This document shows, piece by piece, positions 60,842-64,000 of a DNA stretch of 64,000 nt. The position numbers and the translations under genes were made by a program. The notes beneath the pieces were generated by a model. That model saw only the letters and a list, made by a program, of their open reading frames with translations. It searched no databases and had not been told where the DNA came from. This stretch comes from an uncultured Candidatus Rokubacteria bacterium (GTDB lineage Bacteria; Methylomirabilota; Methylomirabilia; Rokubacteriales; CSP1-6): the NCBI GenBank assembly GCA_963762145.1, contig CAVXJS010000019.1, positions 192,001 to 256,000 of the forward strand, in the 5' to 3' direction. How positions within the stretch are numbered: the stretch's first letter is position 1; every line of letters begins with the position of its first letter.

Positions 60842-61207
60842 ATGCTGTTCGGGGGACGGATTCGCCGGATGTCGATCTGGTTCTGGCGAACCGTCCCGGC
60901 CCGGCGGCTACTGGTGATCGTCGGGCCGGGACGGCCCGCGCTGGTGCCCCGGATCGAGCGGCTCTTCGAGGGCGAGCCCGGCACGGTGGACGTGGTGCTC
61001 GACCGCAGGCGCCGCGAGCGCCGCATCGTGGTCATGACGCGCCAGCCGGAGCGGCGGAGGCGGGACCGGCGGCGGCCGCGGGGCGGTGGCCGGTCGCGCG
61101 ACGTCTCGGTGGTGATTCGGCGCGAATCCGCGCCCGGACTGGATTACACTCCCCCCATTCATGCGGCTCATGCCGCTCCCATTCATGTGAAAGGAGAAGT
61201 TCGAACG
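60842..61207 (+). CDS. Hypothetical DRR/ERR-rich domain, in frame with the downstream coiled-coil gene
   Basis: LLVIV..RLF..VDVVLDRRRRERR..ERRRRDRR; no stop before 61208. Confidence 0.45.
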
Positions 61208-61573
61208 ATGAATGTCGAATCCAAGCAAACGCGCGACGGAGACGACGTGCGGCGCTGGCTCGAGGCGGGGCAGACGCAGCTCGCCTCGCTCCTGGAGCTG
61301 CTGCACGAGCACGACCGGCTCCGCGATCGCGTGGAGTCTTCCGAGCGGGAGAACGAGCGGCTCCGGGGTGTCACCTACGAGAACGAACAGCTCCGCAATC
61401 GACTCGAGACCTCCGAGCGTCAGGCCGAGCACCTCCGTCAGAGCATGACCGAGCTGCGCACCGAGAACGAGCGGCACCAGAAGGAACGCGAGGAGGCCGC
61501 CGAGCGGCTCAATCATCTCGTCAACGAGATCGCGCAACGCCTGCGTCCCGGCGCGGGAGTCTCGCGCAGCTGA
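61208..61573 (+). CDS. Coiled-coil protein
   Basis: AAGGAG RBS before ATG 61208; repeated ENERLR/ENEQLR heptads. Confidence 0.7.
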   Translation: MNVESKQTRDGDDVRRWLEAGQTQLASLLELLHEHDRLRDRVESSERENERLRGVTYENEQLRNRLETSERQAEHLRQSMTELRTENERHQKEREEAAERLNHLVNEIAQRLRPGAGVSRS

Positions 61574-61668
61574 GAACCTCGTCGCCAATTTTTGTCCGCT
61601 TCCCGGCGGTCGCGTGCCGCCGGGCGGCGGCGAGCGCGATTTTTGAGGGGTTTCCCGGACGTCTCCCT

Positions 61669-61684
61669 TGGCACCCCCGATGCA
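61669..61684 (+). promoter_or_regulatory. Sigma54 -24/-12 promoter
   Basis: TGGCACCCCCGATGCA, GG-N10-GC. Confidence 0.65.
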
Positions 61685-61723
61685 GCCCAACGGGTGCCGA
61701 TCGCGACGCGCAGAAACTTCCCC

Positions 61724-62122
61724 ATGACCGATACCGACAGCGCGAGACCGCGGGTCCTGCTGGTGGACGACGAGGAAGGCGTGCGCATGAGCCTGCGCGC
61801 CCTGCTCGAGCGCGAGTATCGGATCGCGAGCGTCCCGAGCGGCGAGGCCGCGATGGAGGAGCTCCCGCGCTTCCGGCCCGACGTCGTGCTGCTCGACGTG
61901 CGTCTCCTGCCGAGCATGAGCGGCCTCGACGCGCTCGAGCGTATCAAGGCCTTCGACGAGCGCATCGAGGTCGTGATGATCACCGCGTTCGCCTCGCTCG
62001 CCACGCTGAACGAGGCACTGCGCCGCGGCGCCTGCGGCTACCTCATCAAGCCGTTTCCCCGGCGGGATCTCGAGCTGATGGTCCGGGACGCGCTGGACCG
62101 ACGCGGGCCGCGGCTCAACTGA
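61724..62122 (+). CDS. Single-domain response regulator receiver
   Basis: VLLVDDE, VLLDVRL, ITAF, YLIKPF. Confidence 0.9.
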   Translation: MTDTDSARPRVLLVDDEEGVRMSLRALLEREYRIASVPSGEAAMEELPRFRPDVVLLDVRLLPSMSGLDALERIKAFDERIEVVMITAFASLATLNEALRRGACGYLIKPFPRRDLELMVRDALDRRGPRLN

Positions 62123-62139
62123 GACCTTCGAGCGCGACG

Positions 62140-62168
62140 TTGACAGGATCGGCTCCCCCGGTCAGAAT
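62140..62168 (+). promoter_or_regulatory. Sigma70-type promoter for pckG
   Basis: TTGACA-17 bp-CAGAAT. Confidence 0.6.
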
Positions 62169-62210
62169 TTGCCCAGACACTCCAGCTCAAGCGACGGGAG
62201 GGTATCGCCC

Positions 62211-63959
62211 ATGAGTCTCACGAGTCAGGTCGAGAAGTGGGTGGATGAAGTCGCCGAGCTGACCGAGCCGGCGAGAGTCGCGTGGGCGGATGGCTCGAAG
62301 GCAGAGTACGAGCGCCTGATCGCCGACATGCTGCGGGACGGCACGCTGCTTCCGCTGAACTCCCGGACGTACCCGAACTGCTACCTGCACCGCAGCCACC
62401 CCACCGACGTGGCCCGCACCGAGCAGCTCACCTTCATCTGCACGCGGAGCCGGGAGGACGCGGGGCCGACCAACAACTGGATGGCCCCCGCGGAGGGCAA
62501 GGAGAAGCTGCGCGCGCTCTTCCGCGGGTGCATGCGCGGGCGCGCGATGTGGGTGATCCCGTACCTCATGGGCCCGGCCGGCTCGTCCATGAGCCGGGTG
62601 GGCGTCATGGTCACGGACAGCGCGTACGTGGTCGCGAGCATGCACATCATGACCCGTGTCGGCGCGGTCGCGCTCGAGCACATGCGCGGCCCGGACGACT
62701 TCGTGCGCGGCCTGCACTCGCTCGGGGACCTCTCCCCGGACCGGCGCTTCATCCTGCACTTCCCCGAGGAGCGGCTGATCTGGAGTGTGGGCTCGGGCTA
62801 TGGTGGCAACGCGCTGCTCGGCAAGAAGTGCCACGCGCTCCGCATCGCCTCGTCGCAGGCCCGGACCGAGGGCTGGATGGCCGAGCACATGCTCATCCTC
62901 GGGGTGGAGGACCCCAGCGGCCGGGTCACCTACCTGGCCGCCGCGATGCCGAGCGCGTCCGGGAAGACGAACCTGGCCATGGTGGTGTCGAGCCTGCCCG
63001 GCTATCGCGTGTGGACGGTGGGTGACGACATCGCGTGGATCCACGTGGACAAGCACGGGCAGCTCCGCGCCACGAATCCGGAGCGTGGCTTCTTCGGCGT
63101 CGCGCCCAACACGAGCGCGAAGACCAATCCGAACGGGGCGGCGATGGTGCGCTCCAACACCATCTTCACCAACGTCGCGCTGACCCCCGCGAACGAGCCC
63201 TGGTGGGAAGGCATGGGCCCGGAGGCGCCGGCGGGCATGCTCGACTGGCAGGGCAAGCCGTGGACGCCGGGCAGCGGGCCGGCCGCGCATCCGAACTCGC
63301 GCTTCACGGTGCCCGCGCAGCAGTGTCCGTCCATCGCGCCCAACTGGGAGGATCCGGAGGGCGTGCCCCTCTCCGGCTTCATCTTCGGCTCCCGCCGCGC
63401 CCGCGTGGTGCCGCTCGTGTTCGAGGCGTTCGACTGGAACCACGGCGTCTTCCTGGGCTCGGCCATGGGCACCGAGACGACCGCGGCCATCACGGGACAG
63501 GTCGGCATCGTGCGCCGGGACCCGATGGCGATGATCCCGTTCTGCGGCTACAACATGGCCGACTACTTCGCCCACTGGCTGTCCGTCGGGTCTCGCGTGA
63601 AGAATCCGCCGAAGATCTTCCGCGTGAACTGGTTCCGGCGCGACGCGGAGGGGCGATTCCTCTGGCCCGGGTACGGGGAGAACGTGCGCATTCTGAAGTG
63701 GATCGTCGAGCGCATTCATGGAAACACCGGCGGCGAGTCGGTGGAGACGCCGATCGGCCACATTCCGGCGAAGGGGGCGATCGATTGCACGGGCCTCCAG
63801 ATGCCTCCCGGCGCGCTCGACGCGGCCCTGCACGTCGACCGCGAGGAGTGGCGGCAGGCGCTCGATGAGCTCCGTGAGTTCTACGAACAGTTCGGCGAGC
63901 GGATGCCGCCGGCGATCTGGAAGGCGCACGCGGAGACCGCGCGCCGTTTCGGTCTCTGA
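62211..63959 (+). CDS. pckG: Phosphoenolpyruvate carboxykinase (GTP)
   Basis: DVART, SGYGGNALLGKKC, WMAEHM, PSASGKTNLAM, VGDDIAW, HPNSRF, RDPMAM, VNWFR. Confidence 0.96.
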   Translation: MSLTSQVEKWVDEVAELTEPARVAWADGSKAEYERLIADMLRDGTLLPLNSRTYPNCYLHRSHPTDVARTEQLTFICTRSREDAGPTNNWMAPAEGKEKLRALFRGCMRGRAMWVIPYLMGPAGSSMSRVGVMVTDSAYVVASMHIMTRVGAVALEHMRGPDDFVRGLHSLGDLSPDRRFILHFPEERLIWSVGSGYGGNALLGKKCHALRIASSQARTEGWMAEHMLILGVEDPSGRVTYLAAAMPSASGKTNLAMVVSSLPGYRVWTVGDDIAWIHVDKHGQLRATNPERGFFGVAPNTSAKTNPNGAAMVRSNTIFTNVALTPANEPWWEGMGPEAPAGMLDWQGKPWTPGSGPAAHPNSRFTVPAQQCPSIAPNWEDPEGVPLSGFIFGSRRARVVPLVFEAFDWNHGVFLGSAMGTETTAAITGQVGIVRRDPMAMIPFCGYNMADYFAHWLSVGSRVKNPPKIFRVNWFRRDAEGRFLWPGYGENVRILKWIVERIHGNTGGESVETPIGHIPAKGAIDCTGLQMPPGALDAALHVDREEWRQALDELREFYEQFGERMPPAIWKAHAETARRFGL

Positions 63960-64000
63960 GCGGCCGAGGAGATACGGCATGAGCGGTGAGACGCTGCGTG

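Noticed and set aside
63979-64000. Start of the next gene (ATG after GAGGAG)
   Set aside because: Only 7 codons in the window; not identifiable

Overview
Very GC-rich (roughly 70% by eye), gene-dense bacterial chromosomal segment. Gene content and repeat style suggest a soil bacterium such as Candidatus Rokubacteria/Methylomirabilota; this is inference only. Layout: (1) 1-22.7 kb holds catabolic and transport genes: PolX fragment, hydantoinase/oxoprolinase A+B, APH, SDR, HAD, MFS, 2-hydroxyacid dehydrogenase, desaturase, LLM oxidoreductase, MetE-like, crotonase, TRAP, Rieske oxygenase and NagX/HGSNAT. Many genes in the first 12.3 kb are frameshifted, probably by assembly error. (2) 23.3-28.4 kb is a dlt-like operon: AMP-ligase, ACP, MBOAT and LtaS-family sulfatase. 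(3) 28.5-46.2 kb is a stress and storage island: SOD, small membrane proteins, Mak, TreS, GlgE, two glycosyltransferases that look catalytically degenerate, DUF5752, GlgM, TreZ and TreY. (4) 46.4-62.1 kb is a signalling and envelope block: sigma54 activator, SPOR, ANTAR, MlaC, PBP1b, PilZ, orphan MreB, CBS and orphan receivers, followed by pckG. The most striking unannotated signal is eleven correctly spaced sigma54 (-24/-12) promoter boxes between 29.6 and 61.7 kb. Several have a shared upstream palindrome (KGWAR-N3-YTWCM), suggesting a locally clustered sigma54 stress/dormancy regulon. There are also two copies of an 84-bp REPIN/MITE-like element. No rRNA, tRNA, CRISPR array or transposase was seen.
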